From contig JAQGDQ010000169.1 in the NCBI GenBank assembly GCA_030141605.1, positions 310,001 through 374,000 of the forward strand: a DNA stretch of 64,000 nt, read 5' to 3'. The DNA comes from Tubiluchus corallicola. Its lineage: Eukaryota; Animalia; Priapulida. The translations under genes and the position numbers were made by a program. Below the pieces are notes generated by a model. It saw nothing but the letters and a program-made list of their open reading frames with translations, ran no database searches and had not been told where the DNA came from. The first letter of the stretch is position 1, and every line of letters begins with the position of its first letter. Positions 41,801 through 53,099 of this stretch are shown here, one piece after another.

Positions 41801-42786
41801 CATGTGACGGGTAAGAAAAGGCTTAATCTTCCTGTATGGGTAGAACAAACTGGAGCAGAGTTGGAAGCAGATCTAGAACTAATTTTTATCAAGAGAGACG
41901 GAGAACATTAATTTATATAAACTTGTCCCCATTCTTCTAGTCTGTTCCACTCATGGCCGAGTCAGTGGTTTGATTTATGCGGGCTGCTAAAGTCAATGGT
42001 TATAGGATGCTTATGGTTATTTGCGCGCTACATCTTTATCTGTATTTTTAAAAGTGTAAGTGTTGCTGGAAGTATCTGTGAATAGATCTTCTGGTATGTT
42101 GTTGTCTCATATATGAGGGATGGTAAATAAATGACGTCTCTGCCTCTGTCCATTTTAAAAAAGCTCTTATGTGGGCTGACCAATAGACATGTGAGTGTGC
42201 AGGTGAAAATCACGTAATGGTGCATGTGACGGGTAAGAAAAGGCTTAATCTTCCTGTATGGGTAGAACAAACTGGAGCAGAGTTGGAAGCAGATCTAGAA
42301 CTAATTTTTATCAAGAGAGACGGAGAACATTAATTTTATAATATTAACTATGTTTGTGTGTTCTTGGGATTTTTCCCCCAAACATTTTCTTTTTGCAAGT
42401 ACAGAAAACCTGCTCACGGATTCTATGCAATAGTCAGACACATTTACAAAGCAGCCTGTCAGTCGTATTCTTGTACTTGTATTCAGTGGAAGAATGATCT
42501 CTTGAATAGTCTAGCTGCCCGTAGGCCTATACTATTTTCAAGCTTTAAGTTTCCACAATATTTAATCTAATAATTATACCTTAAATTTCAGAATGGGGAA
42601 CTTCATGTTTACGTGCCAGATCTGAACGCCTATAAAACAGGGATCTATCCTGCTCAAAAACACAACGACGACACAGCACAGGACATGGAAGATCTGGCTA
42701 ACATTGTTAAACGAATGTTGAGGGCTTATAAACTGCAGAATAGATTACATAGATCCGTACCAGATGTGAACGATTCCCGCTTATGA
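8783..42786 (+). CDS. GRL101-like LDLa/LRR G-protein-coupled receptor (LGR type C) with a giant lectin/CUB mosaic ectodomain, about 2747 aa, 36 coding exons
   Basis: Phase-consistent exons: 8783-8843, 11612-11812, 13560-13666, 14925-15243, 16630-16998, 17723-18154, 18431-18657, 18972-19656, 20244-20513, 21246-21406, 21852-22004, 22281-22464, 22899-23267, 24386-24808, 25150-25365, 25855-26097, 26282-26452, 27531-27644, 28002-28121, 28436-28558, 29142-29819, 30192-30347, 31009-31245, 31868-31973, 32738-32806, 33330-33401, 33601-33672, 33854-33928, 34809-34880, 35601-35672, 35892-35963, 36559-37430, 38129-38290, 39317-39415, 40969-41255, 42592-42786. Total 8244 nt, divisible by 3. The LDLa-LRR-hinge (FKFCC...[10 protein letters not shown])-7TM layout is the GRL101/RXFP class. 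The first exon is the least certain. Confidence 0.85.
11612..15243 (+). CDS. Receptor exons 2-4: Caspr/neurexin-IV-type fibrinogen-like module 1
   Basis: [68 protein letters not shown] match the Caspr fibrinogen-like region as I recognise it; GT-AG boundaries. Confidence 0.85.
16630..18154 (+). CDS. Receptor exons 5-6: two CUB domains
   Basis: FSSPGF..YP..W.I..LTF..YDI..GFQA and CG.ITS..YP..W.I..F.DFDI..C..G.FC..GRGF.LTY; each lies on one phase 1-1 exon. Confidence 0.8.
17040..17352 (-). mobile_element. Non-autonomous repeat family 1 with internal tRNA-like segment (copy 1)
   Basis: The reverse complement contains GGTGGCTTAGTGG..GATTCAAATCC (A/B-box-like) and shares blocks with 35056-35390 (GCCAACC.AATTCAGCATTT, AACTTTTTCACA). 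Confidence 0.6.
18431..20513 (+). CDS. Receptor exons 7-9: F-type lectin (fucolectin/FTP) domain interrupted by an apextrin C-terminal (ApeC) domain
   Basis: Exon 7 [30 protein letters not shown]; exon 8 [51 protein letters not shown]; exon 9 [22 protein letters not shown]. Confidence 0.85.
19843..20146. repeat. (AATAT)n microsatellite with an internal inverted (ATATT)n tract
   Basis: About 300 bp; orientation flips at about 19887-19914. Confidence 0.97.
21246..22464 (+). CDS. Receptor exons 10-12: discoidin / coagulation factor 5/8 type C domain
   Basis: [61 protein letters not shown]. Confidence 0.88.
22899..26097 (+). CDS. Receptor exons 13-16: two CUB domains and a C-type lectin domain
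   Basis: [15 protein letters not shown] and I.S.NYP.PY..N..C.W.I..FDVE..C..D.V..G.YC; CTL: CPNGW..F..CY..W..AE..C..GGHLVSI..YIGLTD..EG.F.WSD..QPNGG..EDC..WHDVPC..YICK. Confidence 0.9.
23455..23635. repeat. Degenerate (ATC)n repeat
   Basis: Direct reading; source of poly-H, poly-I and poly-M ORFs. Confidence 0.9.
26282..31245 (+). CDS. Receptor exons 17-23: four LDLa repeats, second Caspr-type fibrinogen-like module, three further LDLa repeats
   Basis: F.C.NG.C....CDG..DC.DGSDE..C repeats; single exon 29142-29819 has [27 protein letters not shown]; atypical LDLa C.YGFD..G..GC.D.SHL..C then CPGLYKC, as seen in GRL101-type receptors. Confidence 0.9.
27154..27250. repeat. (CAT)n(CTT)n microsatellite
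   Basis: Direct reading. Confidence 0.97.
30447..30546. repeat. 30-bp minisatellite, about 3 units
   Basis: GAGGCARGAAGACAATWYGTGTAATTTACA repeated. Confidence 0.85.
31868..35963 (+). CDS. Receptor exons 24-31: LRRNT and seven leucine-rich repeats
   Basis: CPAECSC..V.C; seven phase 2-2 exons of 69-75 nt, each encoding LxLxxNxI-type repeats (e.g. [22 protein letters not shown]). Confidence 0.92.
34179..34420. repeat. Degenerate minisatellite, about 4 units of 63-72 bp
   Basis: Core TGTTCACTAATTTGAATAAGCTGATT recurs near 34179, 34251, 34314 and 34381. Confidence 0.8.
35056..35390 (+). mobile_element. Non-autonomous repeat family 1 (copy 2), MITE-like with imperfect ~50-bp terminal inverted repeats
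   Basis: 35056-35108 is an imperfect reverse complement of 35337-35390; internal AGTGGCCTAG..GGTTCAAATCC at 35257-35313. Confidence 0.6.
36559..38290 (+). CDS. Receptor exons 32-33: hinge and rhodopsin-class 7TM domain
   Basis: [17 protein letters not shown] (TM1), L..ADFLMG.YL (TM2), DRL (DRY position), CCWMP (TM6), [13 protein letters not shown] (NPxxY). Confidence 0.97.
37560..37800 (-). mobile_element. tRNA-derived SINE-like family 2 (copy 1)
   Basis: Reverse complement CCTGGGTTCGATACTCGC..GTAAACTTTGGCTGTT..GTAGAGGGA..TGGCTTATCT is shared with 51822-52010. Confidence 0.55.
38558..38955. repeat. Compound (CT)n(CTGT)n(CCAT)n(CTAT)n microsatellite
   Basis: Direct reading. Confidence 0.98.
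39317..42786 (+). CDS. Receptor exons 34-36: cytoplasmic tail with a Ser-rich segment, degenerate protein-kinase-like C-lobe and C-terminal DSRL
   Basis: Phase-compatible GT-AG exons 39317-39415, 40969-41255, 42592-42786 (TGA at 42784-42786); AATAAA near 43273. Confidence 0.75.
41498..42340. repeat. Near-perfect ~420-bp tandem duplication in the last intron of the receptor gene
   Basis: 41498-41917 is repeated at 41918-42340 with very few differences (TCTATTCC vs TCTGTTCC; a 2-nt indel GCTAG vs GCTAAAG); the ORF track shows two identical 80-aa ORFs. Confidence 0.97.
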
Positions 42787-45172
42787 GACAAAATTATATA
42801 TATATGTTTATAGCCTAAGTTTTCAATTTGAACAATTTCAAACAGTCAACAAACTTAAGTTAATAAATCACCGTTAAAAAGTCAGTAAAGTTTGTAAAAT
42901 CGTATTTCTTTTTGAAAGTTAATGATCTAGTTGCATCGTGAATATGAGATTCTGCAATGTACATTTGTACATTAATCATCTTATAACAACAGCTGAGGTT
43001 ATACTTGACATAAAGCGAAGTTTGATACCCGCAACTAAGCATTTCCCATTCGCATAAATATTTACTTTTGAAGACATAATTCAATGTCATTTTCAGAAAG
43101 CTAGTAGTTAATTGCACTTGCAAAATACGTTCCGATCATAATTTGCAATCCGCGGTTATAATTTCCTGTTTAACGTCTGTATTCTAGTTAATGTTGTAAA
43201 TGTTTTTTATTGAATAATTATAAGCAACATACCTTTATTTATTTTGTTTGTCTTTTTTGTAAACAAAAATACAATAAAAGGATGGAAACTTTGAAGAAAA
43301 GGTTAAGTTACGGCAAAATTTAAAATTCGATGAACCCGCAGAACTTCAAAAGGGTGCTGCTACGACGGGCTAAAAAGGCATTTTAGGTTTCCTCTTGAAA
43401 TAGTAAACCACGACAATACATGTCTTCAAAACACGACACATACAAATACATGCAATAAAGACAAAAACAAAAGAAAGCAAAGCCAAATGACATGATGCAA
43501 TATAACATGCAAAATAGAATTTGATTTGAAATTTTCAAGCTCCCGGAGTTCTTTTTATACAGAAATTATGAGGGCCCTTCCTATAAAAATTGTAAACTTA
43601 CACAGCATGCGAGAATGCATGTATTTGTTCAGTTTTTTAAATCTCACGCAGATCCGACCTAACGACAAACACATAAAAGCGATGGTCAGGTTTTATAAAA
43701 TCACAATAATATTACACGTAGCACATATACTATATTCTTAATGTAGGTAAACGTTCATATCACGACAGTTACAACAGCAAATTGTCGCCAACCATGCAAT
43801 AAGAATGACAAAATGATTATTTAACAACAGTTACTCTTCTGCCATAAAAACCCATCTTACTAATTCGACTAGATTCTCTTTAAATCAAACGTGACGCATA
43901 CAGAACTCAGCAAGAGACTCATACCCACCGTAGACGGCCACTTCATTAGCGCAAAACTCGTATTTTAATTTTTAACTCACGAATAATTTGTTATACTTTA
44001 ATATAAATAACTATAACTATAAATAAGAAATATATACACGTATGTGTTTATATATTTGTTAATATTAATGTAGTATAATATTAATATGTTTCTAAATATT
44101 ATATATAGTACATTTATAAATATATATATATACATATATTATTTTAATTTTATTTTATAAACTTCATACTTAGATTCGTAACATGGCTACTGTTGGCTAC
44201 ACTTTTCTCATAAAACAAGGCGCATTGTCACGTTAATGAAAAAAATAACAACCATACATGCTACATAGGTCAAACTAACTTGTTACTATATTTATAAGAA
44301 CAATATTACAGTACGCAAAATGCGACTATAGTATGGGGCACCCAGAAAATTCAAAATTACGGGTTACATTACCAATGATTAATATATTAATTATTTTGTT
44401 CATGCGTTTATAAAATGATGTTAATATTTGTCCACATTGATTCACAGTTTACTTATTTCTAATAATCTTAAATAAGTCGGCTGTAAATATCCAGTGGTTA
44501 GATAAATATTTGGTGCCAAACATAAATAACGAGTGACCAAATTTCACTAATTGTTATCGGTCGCTCAATCTAGCTTACAAAACGCTGTCGTTAAAATAAA
44601 TATAGGGCGCATGCAGACAATATAGGATGCTAGAGCTTAGAGAAACCCTTGCATATGTAGTTCATGGAAGGTTTATTACAGAGAGTTTTGATACCTGTAG
44701 TCTCTTGCTTACACGCAGCGTAATGTAATTATAAGACGTTTGCGTTGCTCTAAATCGCCTTAAATTAGGCATTTATAACTTTTCGAACCCCTACCTGGAA
44801 ACTAATTCATTGCCGTTTAATGTTTATTTACCAATTTAAGTTTAATAATGCCGTGCCTTCCATATCTCTTAAATCGCTGTACCGTATCTAAGCGATTTTT
44901 CAAATCGAAACTATGATTGCCCAACTTGACTTTATTTACACTGTAATTATCTTCGGCCGAGTTGCCTAATTGTGCTGTCTTTTGATATAGAAAAGTGTTT
45001 TTCACTTGTTTCAATTGTTGCTCTGTGTTAAGTTGTTCTCTGCATGTCAGAATTTGGAATACGAACATTTTCCATTGAGCTTAAGAATACAGACAAACCT
45101 AATAGTAAACAAACGTTTGGGTGTTTCAAGACGTCTGTAAAGTGTGTATTCAGTACCACGCTGTTTCTTAAG

Positions 45173-48100
45173 ATGTTTGTAAAGCTTTTACTAGTAAGTA
45201 TTATCCCTATTAACTTTGCGCTAAAACAGTGCATTATTTTATTAAATCATACATGCACAACATTCGGCGAACAACACTTTTAGCTAGGATTGGATAAGAT
45301 TTGATTTTAGCTACGTGTAAAACTTTATTATCGTTCGTGAAACTTTGCACCTACAAAAATTTTATGATTAATTTAATAGGGTTAAGTGCTTATATAATTT
45401 TTAAAAATTTCTCGTTAATTTACTTCATTGATGACCCTGGCGCCTTACGTTGTAAATCTGTAGTAAATTTACTGCAGAAAATCTCACAAAACTAACACTA
45501 AAAGAAAGATATACATTTATGTTTAATTTCTGTATTTACAGTTGGCTACTTTCTTATTGACTGTTTCTTGTGAAGACTCTTCATCTGACGACCTTTCCTT
45601 GCGAAGAGAATCCGTTCTTAGAAGTGAACCGAAAATAGAGCGGAGGTATTATGAACCGCCATATGAAACTCAACAGAATGGTAACGATCGGCCAGGCCTC
45701 CAGCTTTCCGAAATATTCCAACCGTTTGCCGGTTCCGTCTTTGAGGAATACGGTGAAGGTAACACAGTTGCGCCAGATGCAAACGTGGTTTATGTCAGGA
45801 TTAATGCAAGTGGCGAAGTAATTGGACAACGTGGCTTAGCTGATTCTGAAATAAATGATTTTCCGTTTCCACCTGAAGAAGCCCACAAATACGTTTTTCA
45901 GGATCCGCCTCTCATTCTGTCACAGCAGGGACGTATTCGGGATAAGTACCAAACTGAAGTTTTCCCTTCCGGAAGAGATGATGTCTTGCAAGAAGATGTA
46001 CATCAAAATCGTGTAAGTGAAGAACAATATTACAGAAGAGATTACAGACCTACACGATATGAGAATCCACATTTAAGGACTGACAGTCAGCAACTTCCAC
46101 CTATTAAAGGTTACATCCTTCCGGTCACACCACCACTAGGTCTATCCTACGATAATCTTGAAAATTCGAATGACTATGTAGACGAGGCTTCAGTTTTACT
46201 GCCGTATAAACTGCTCAGATCTTCCAATGCTGGGGAAATAGCTGGACATTCGTCATATGCTGCACAGAACGACGACAATATATTAGGTTTGTGTCGTGAT
46301 TCCTAAGTATTTTTATAATAATTTTATACAGTGAAATGTAGGAACATTTATGAAGTGAACTGTTTAAACAGTTGGAACAGTTGAAAAAACGGTGGAAAAA
46401 GAAATGAAAAATTGAAAATGGGTTAATTGAATTAAACAGGCAGAAAAGAGAAAGCAAGGAAAAGAAAGGTAGAGAGGAAAAAGAAACAGATAAAGAAAAC
46501 GTAGAAAAAGAAAGAAAGATACAGTCCGAGAGTGGGAAAGGTGGAAAAAAGTGAAAGCGAGATGCAAAGAGAAAAAAAAGAGGAAAGGAAAGATTGGAGA
46601 AAACAGAGAAGTATGAAAGAGAGGGAGAGAGCGAGAAAGAGAGAGAAAGAGAAAGAGACAGAGAGAAAGAGAGAGAGAGGAAGAGAGAGAAAGAGAGAGA
46701 CAGAGAGGAGAGAAAGAGAGAAAAAGAGAGAAAGAGATGCAAAATGAGTAAGAAACATGGCGAAATTAAGAAAGGAATTTGAGGGGAAGGCACACACTTG
46801 CACGCACAAGATTTCTCTTTTTTATGTTCCATCTTCTTCTTCGTACGAATGTATTCTAAGTGATAAAACATTCGGATCTATTTATGGAACTTTGCCATCT
46901 CGAAGTTGTTCTGAAATTTACATATACGTTTGTGTCAAACTTCAGATGTGTTAGTCTCATGTCAGACTGGATACCAACAGGAAAAACTTATGGCCGTAGA
47001 AGTTCGTTTTAAGAACCCATTTTATGGACGGATGTACACAAAAGGCTTCTACGAGACAGAACATTGCACGTCACTCGGTAGAGGAGCACATGAGGCAGTC
47101 ATTGTTTTTCCTCTAGATGGATGTGGAACTGCGGAATATATACAGGTATATGCATAGTAAAAGTTTCTGCGTTTTTTCTGGTCTGTAACGCTAATACAGC
47201 TTCATAAATAGCGGACACCCTCTCAAGCGAATCATGTAGGTGTCATTCAGTCTGGTGAAGTTTTACCTTTCATCGCTATGCTCATGGAATGGCCTTGTGT
47301 TTAATGATGATGCTATTTTAATTTGTATAAGAAGATTAGTATACGTGATTTTAAACAATAATCTGCAAAACGTTTAACAATTCTATTAATTTTTATTTAG
47401 CCTCATTGAGTCATTTTTATTTTTTTCATAATAGGGTAACGGATATGACGGTAAGGGTGTTAGCTATGAGAATGTTGTTGTTGTTATGTTTGATGCTGAT
47501 GGACCAATCATTGCTGAGTGGGACAGAGCACTGAGAGTGAATTGCGAGTTTGAGCAGCCTTCACCAAAACTCCTGGATACTGGAGTTACTGTGCCGTGAG
47601 ATATAACTTCGTTTATTACTCGAAAGTAGAAATTTATTTATAGCGCGAGTTTGGTTAAAAAAATTTCAGGTAAAACTTTAGATGAACAGCCTTCCTTAAT
47701 AAAAGCATCGTTACAGAAATACTGACAGTTGTGCTGGTTATAAAACATTAAAATGTAAATCCTCTAGAAAATGAAGATCTTGTGGCGCTACTTCGTATTT
47801 TTCTTAAAAGCAAACCATGCGTGAGTGCACTAACTATGGTTTAATAATGCCTAACTATGCCTAACTAATGTCTAACTATGCCTAATAACATTTTTTTTAT
47901 AAATTTAAAAATTGACAATTATTAACCACTCACATTTTATAATGCATTACCAAAAGCTTTACTAAAGCGCGGCCTAAAATGTATCAGCAAAGAACTTAAT
48001 GCTTTGATTCCGCGAATTCGTCATTTCTATATTAACGCATTAGTTGAAATGCAAAATAATTTTGATTTTCAAATTCCAGTATGTTAGAATCAACGAAGAT

Positions 48101-51100
48101 AAAGCCTGGGAGCATCACCCTGCCATCAACAACTTTAAAAGTTATACAAGGAAAAGATTTCTCTGCACAAGCAGCAGATGTACTCCATGTTGGAGCTTAT
48201 AGCACTATGGTCGTAACGCTTTCAGATAACTGTAAATAAGTTCATTTTTTCTTAGATTTTTAGACTTTTGAAAAATATTATTCTACACAGAAGAGATAAA
48301 CTGAATTGTCTTTACTTTTTGCTTTAATGATATCTAGACACAACTTGGCATAGCAATGATGAGCTTTTAAAAACAATAAGAAAGAATGTATAGTAGATGC
48401 TTTTGTACAAGCCAGTTAAACAAAGACTGCAAAATTGAGCTTTCTTTCACGGAAATCTGTTGCGGTACTGGACACCATTCTTTGCCTGGTATTTTGATGT
48501 ATTTGCTGCTAAAATTGTTGCCCTGGAAACTACATAGCATTATGTGCTGTAAATTTTTCTTCAGAATGTACAACAAAAAAGATTATCTCAGAATGGCGTA
48601 GCAGTATGCAGATACATATACGCAAGTTTCATATCTTATGGCATTCCTTCATTATGCTTTCCAACACGTAATTTTACTGCGGCATTCCCTTGCCTTCATT
48701 AAAAAGGCTGCTTTAATGCTACTTCTAAGAACAAATGCTCTCCATTAAGATTGGTATTCGCTTTCCATACGACTATAATGTCTGTCAAAAATTATGTTTA
48801 CTATTCAGCTTAATATTTTCCAATTATTTTCTTGTTTTAAGCACTTTCTCAAGGTTATTCTCAACACATCGTGAAAGTGTGCACAATTTTTAACTTATGC
48901 CCATTGTTATTACAATATAATTATACAAAATGATAATAATCGTTCATAGTTGAATGGTTTCTAATGTTTTTTAGCATTTTGGGACGTGAAGGTACATGGT
49001 TGCATAGCACATGATGGATCGGGATACAAATCCGTCGCTCTGTTTGACGAAAATGGGTAAATTAAATGATTTCTTTTAATAACTTTGTAAATGAAGGTTT
49101 TTGATTGCCTGTCATTTGGAACTCGTTATCATCTACCAAATTTGATGAATTATCAATAATAGGCCATTTTTATTTGAGCTTTCAGTTCTATGATTCGTTA
49201 TCGTGTTTTCGTGCCTAGGTATGTAAATTTATCATTATTGTGAACTGATTTGAGTAATTTCATTATCAAGAATCATGCAGTTATTGAAACTCGGCGTATC
49301 ATTTAGCTTTATTCTCCCTTTCGTTTGTGTTTTTCTGTTTTATTTGAATTAGTTTTAAAAAGTAATGTGTTTTACACGACAAAAGTGTTAATTTACCTGC
49401 TTGCATAACTGGTGCGTGTACATATAAATAAACGATCATTTATAATTTACCGCAATAACTGGCATTCTGAAGGACAATCAGAAATGTTTAGATTAACTTT
49501 GCTAATTCCCACACAAACTATATTTTGATTCTGTATCACTACCTGCTGGATTAGTTGTTTACAGTCGTGCTTTGTGTAGTATAAAAAGAACACTATTTTT
49601 AAATTTTTATGTAAGTCACCAGACTCTTGTTTAGAAATCAGCGCCCTAATTATAATCTTCCGATGACTGATCCCGATTATTGATTTTATTTTATTTTAAA
49701 TGCAGAAACCTTTGGATTTCGCATCATGGAACTTATATTTCCAACTTCATTTTTTCAGTTTAATTTCTGTTCTAAGGCTACATATTTATTATGATAGGTT
49801 CTTTCCGCCATTACTTTAACCTCGTTTTGTTTTACAGTTTTGTATAAATATTTTGAAACTGCGGCGTACAAGCTTTACGTTTTTAATCTTGGCAACCGTT
49901 TTTTCATTTGGGCATTTTAGTGGTGACGTTGCCGAATAATAAGTCTGGCAATAATAAGCACCCACGGTGCTAATTTTTCACTATTTCTTTTCTACGCTTC
50001 TCTATTTTCGATTGCGAGTGAATGTGAGCATTATATAGGCGTAAATATACTTTCCTGTTCTTCAGTCTTCATTGCTTCTTGGTAGCTTTGTCTATAAGAC
50101 TTAGACACCAAGGACTACGCAGACAAATGTGCATTGCCTTAAACCTCAACAATCTTGAGTTCAGTAGATGACAATACAGTTGTGCGTCTGTCCTCATAAT
50201 GTAACATGCCAGAAAAATTAATGAAATTAACCTATAACAATGCGTGCTGCTCTGAAATTGCCTATATTTAGGTGTCCAGCTTCGGTGATTGTAGAACCGT
50301 TTCGGAGAGTGACAGATCGTCCAACGCAAGGACAGACGAATATTATTGCGCACTTCAAAGCTTTCAAGTTTCCAGATAAAACAAGTGTATATTTCCAATG
50401 CACAGTTGAGCTATGTTTTGAACAGTGCTATGAGGTAAATCCCGCAGTTATGGTCATGATTTCATATAATTTTATTGACGTATAAATGAATCTCCAAAGT
50501 ACATAGTGTCTTTTTGATGTGCTACTAGGGCGAAATCGAAACTTAAAAATGCCTTGCAGAGCAGGCATGAAGGCACTAGAGTGTCTAAAAGTAAAATGAT
50601 GAAAGTCCCCAAATAAATGTCGTCTAAACCAAAGTATTTTTTAGATGTTGCACATAATCATATAGGAATGTCATTCATGTCACTATTATTCATTCATTTT
50701 CGGGTAAGACGAACACTAATAAGTATCGTTGAGGCTTACATTTCTATGTATTATAATGTACGGCTTTCACGCCTTTTATAAAGTCTAATATTAATTATTC
50801 CGATAAGAATGAATGAACATTGTCGTACAACACACAGTTAGCCTATAGTTAGCAAATGCGAGTAAAAATAAGACTAATATATGTAACCACACTCGGGCTG
50901 GTAGTGGCTAGTTCAGCCTAACCTTGGTTGAAGCCTTATGTTGTATATGATGACGTTGCTACCTTAGGCAAGCCTGTAATTGTTCTGCCTTATTACTGTG
51001 TTACACTTTAAAGTATGCAAACAAGCAGTTTCTGGAGTAGCTAATTAGAAACAAGCTATTAAAATCAAGTGACCCGCTACAAATTACTAAACTAACGGCT

Positions 51101-52781
51101 GGTGCACTAACTTCAGGAAATGTCATATCTTTGTTCTTCTTTCACGGTGTTGCATATTCACACATACTCAGTGACAGGCATACTTCTAGAAATGCTTCTC
51201 GCTACTAAAAGTTACTAGAAGCTTTCTGTTTTATAGACTTCTTGCTCTGAATACGACAGCACAAATTCCCTTCGATACATCAACAGGAAGTTCAAACGTG
51301 ATGTAAGTTCCTCTTTCAATCAGGAGACCACAGAGAAGCCATTTGTCGTGACAGCTGCATTTCCTTACAACGCGACGCACGAAATGCGTGAATTGCACAG
51401 AAGTGTGACAGTTCAGATGCCTGGTGAACAGGCATATGTCATTGGTAAGTAACTAAATAAAGTGATTAAGTAAAAAACTTGTCAATGTCGTTGTGTTCAC
51501 AATCATAGTATTTTCGTAGCATTTCGTATCATTGGCTATATTTGCTTTGCCTGAGATCTTTTCAATTGTATACATTGAATTATTGGTATCTTGAGATTTT
51601 TGTTTATTAATAATACAATGATAAAACTAAAATTTGATAGTTTGTCTGTTATGCTAAACGAATTATTGCACTTGCCGAATTTTTTGTAGCAACTCGGTTG
51701 GTCTTTACTATTGTCCATAAAATATAAAAGTGACTGACTATTATTAAAAATTTATATATCATTGATACATGGAGTGGTTTATATTAAGTGTTTCCATTAA
51801 TGACTTGTGTTTATTGACGGGATTCATGGCTGAGTGGATAGGTACGCGCGTTTTCATGCGAGAGGCGTGTGGCTGCCTGGGTTCCATACTAGCAAGCTAC
51901 GAGCTTTATCATTCGTAAACTTGGCTGTTGTAGAGGGAAGATACATACACAACCAGAAAAAGTAGAGATTTGTACCATTTCAATGGCTTATCTTAGACGA
52001 ATATCCTTGTTAGTGAGCTAGATTCTAGTCGCGCCTCAAATACTTTATTGAGTAGATCTTGCTTATGATTACTGTATGCCGGCTTGCAGGGGGTGTGCTG
52101 AAACGCACAGGAAAATTAAAACTGCAATTTTGAGAATTGCGAAGACAATTCATACGAAAAAGGAAAGGCGGGAAAGCTAAGGCTATGATATCCGATTATA
52201 AAAAATCTGGTTATAACCAGATTTTTGTGTCATCAGATTAAAAAAGATCTAGTTATAACCAGATTTTTGTGTCATCAGGTTAAAAAAGATCTAGTTACAA
52301 CCAGATTTTTTGCCATCTGATTAAGAAAGATCTAGTTATAAACAGTTTTTTTTAATTGAAAATCATGGCCTAACACTTAACGATTTTTTGATAATTTATT
52401 ATAACTTTGTAATTGGTCAACCAAATTTTTCTCTTTCCGTTGAACGATTGTCGTTTCCTGCCTAGAACTTTTTTGCTCCAGAGATGTACAAACTGATCTC
52501 TTAATAACTAATACAGTCTAGTCTTTAATCAACTAATGCACTTGTTCATGTTAAATATTACTGTAATTTAAAAAAGCCGTCATTTGTTTTCAGGTTCTGA
52601 AGATAGTATGAACGTCCAGCAAACAGTCTGTTTAACTCGGCTGTCACTTTTATCAGCCTCCATTCTTCTGTGCAGTCTGTTAGGTTTCACCACAGCCACA
52701 TCACTTGCACTCTTCTTCAAAGTGCGGGAGTATTCAGTTAAACGAATACAAGATTTCAACATGTTTCCAACTCACCAGTAG
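45173..52781 (+). CDS. Cuticlin-like ZP-domain single-pass membrane protein, about 639 aa
   Basis: Exons 45173-45193, 45542-46286, 46946-47145, 47435-47595, 48080-48231, 48975-49056, 50272-50434, 51237-51444, 52594-52781 (1920 nt). Signal MFVKLLLLATFLLTVSC; ZP motifs PFYGRMYTKG..C, CGT, C.AHDG..LFDENGCP, AHFKAFKFPD..VYFQC.V.LC; basic cleavage site RKFKR; C-terminal TM helix. Confidence 0.88.
51822..52010 (+). mobile_element. tRNA-derived SINE-like family 2 (copy 2)
   Basis: TGGCTGAGTGG (A-box-like), CCTGGGTTCCATACTAGC (B-box-like), GTAAACTTGGCTGTTGTAGAGGGA. Confidence 0.55.
52198..52350. repeat. ~42-bp minisatellite built on a palindromic core
   Basis: AAAAAGATCTAGTTATAACCAGATTTTTGTGTCATCAG about 3.5 copies; the first unit has the perfect palindrome AAAAATCTGGTTATAACCAGATTTTT (52201-52226). 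Confidence 0.85.
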
Positions 52782-52957
52782 TACCACTAATCACACAGTA
52801 TTACAAATACGCATATAAAAATATAATATTATTGATTTGAGAGTGTCTGTAATCATTGAACAATTATTTGTTTCAATTTTGACATATTACTTACATTGCA
52901 TCGACAAGGCTACGTGGTTTCTTCAACTCATTTGTTCAGATTCGTCGTTTTAGGCAC

Positions 52958-53099
<142 letters not shown>

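Noticed and set aside
41606-42270. Two identical 80-aa minus-strand ORFs
   Set aside because: A by-product of the 420-bp tandem duplication; no coding signature.
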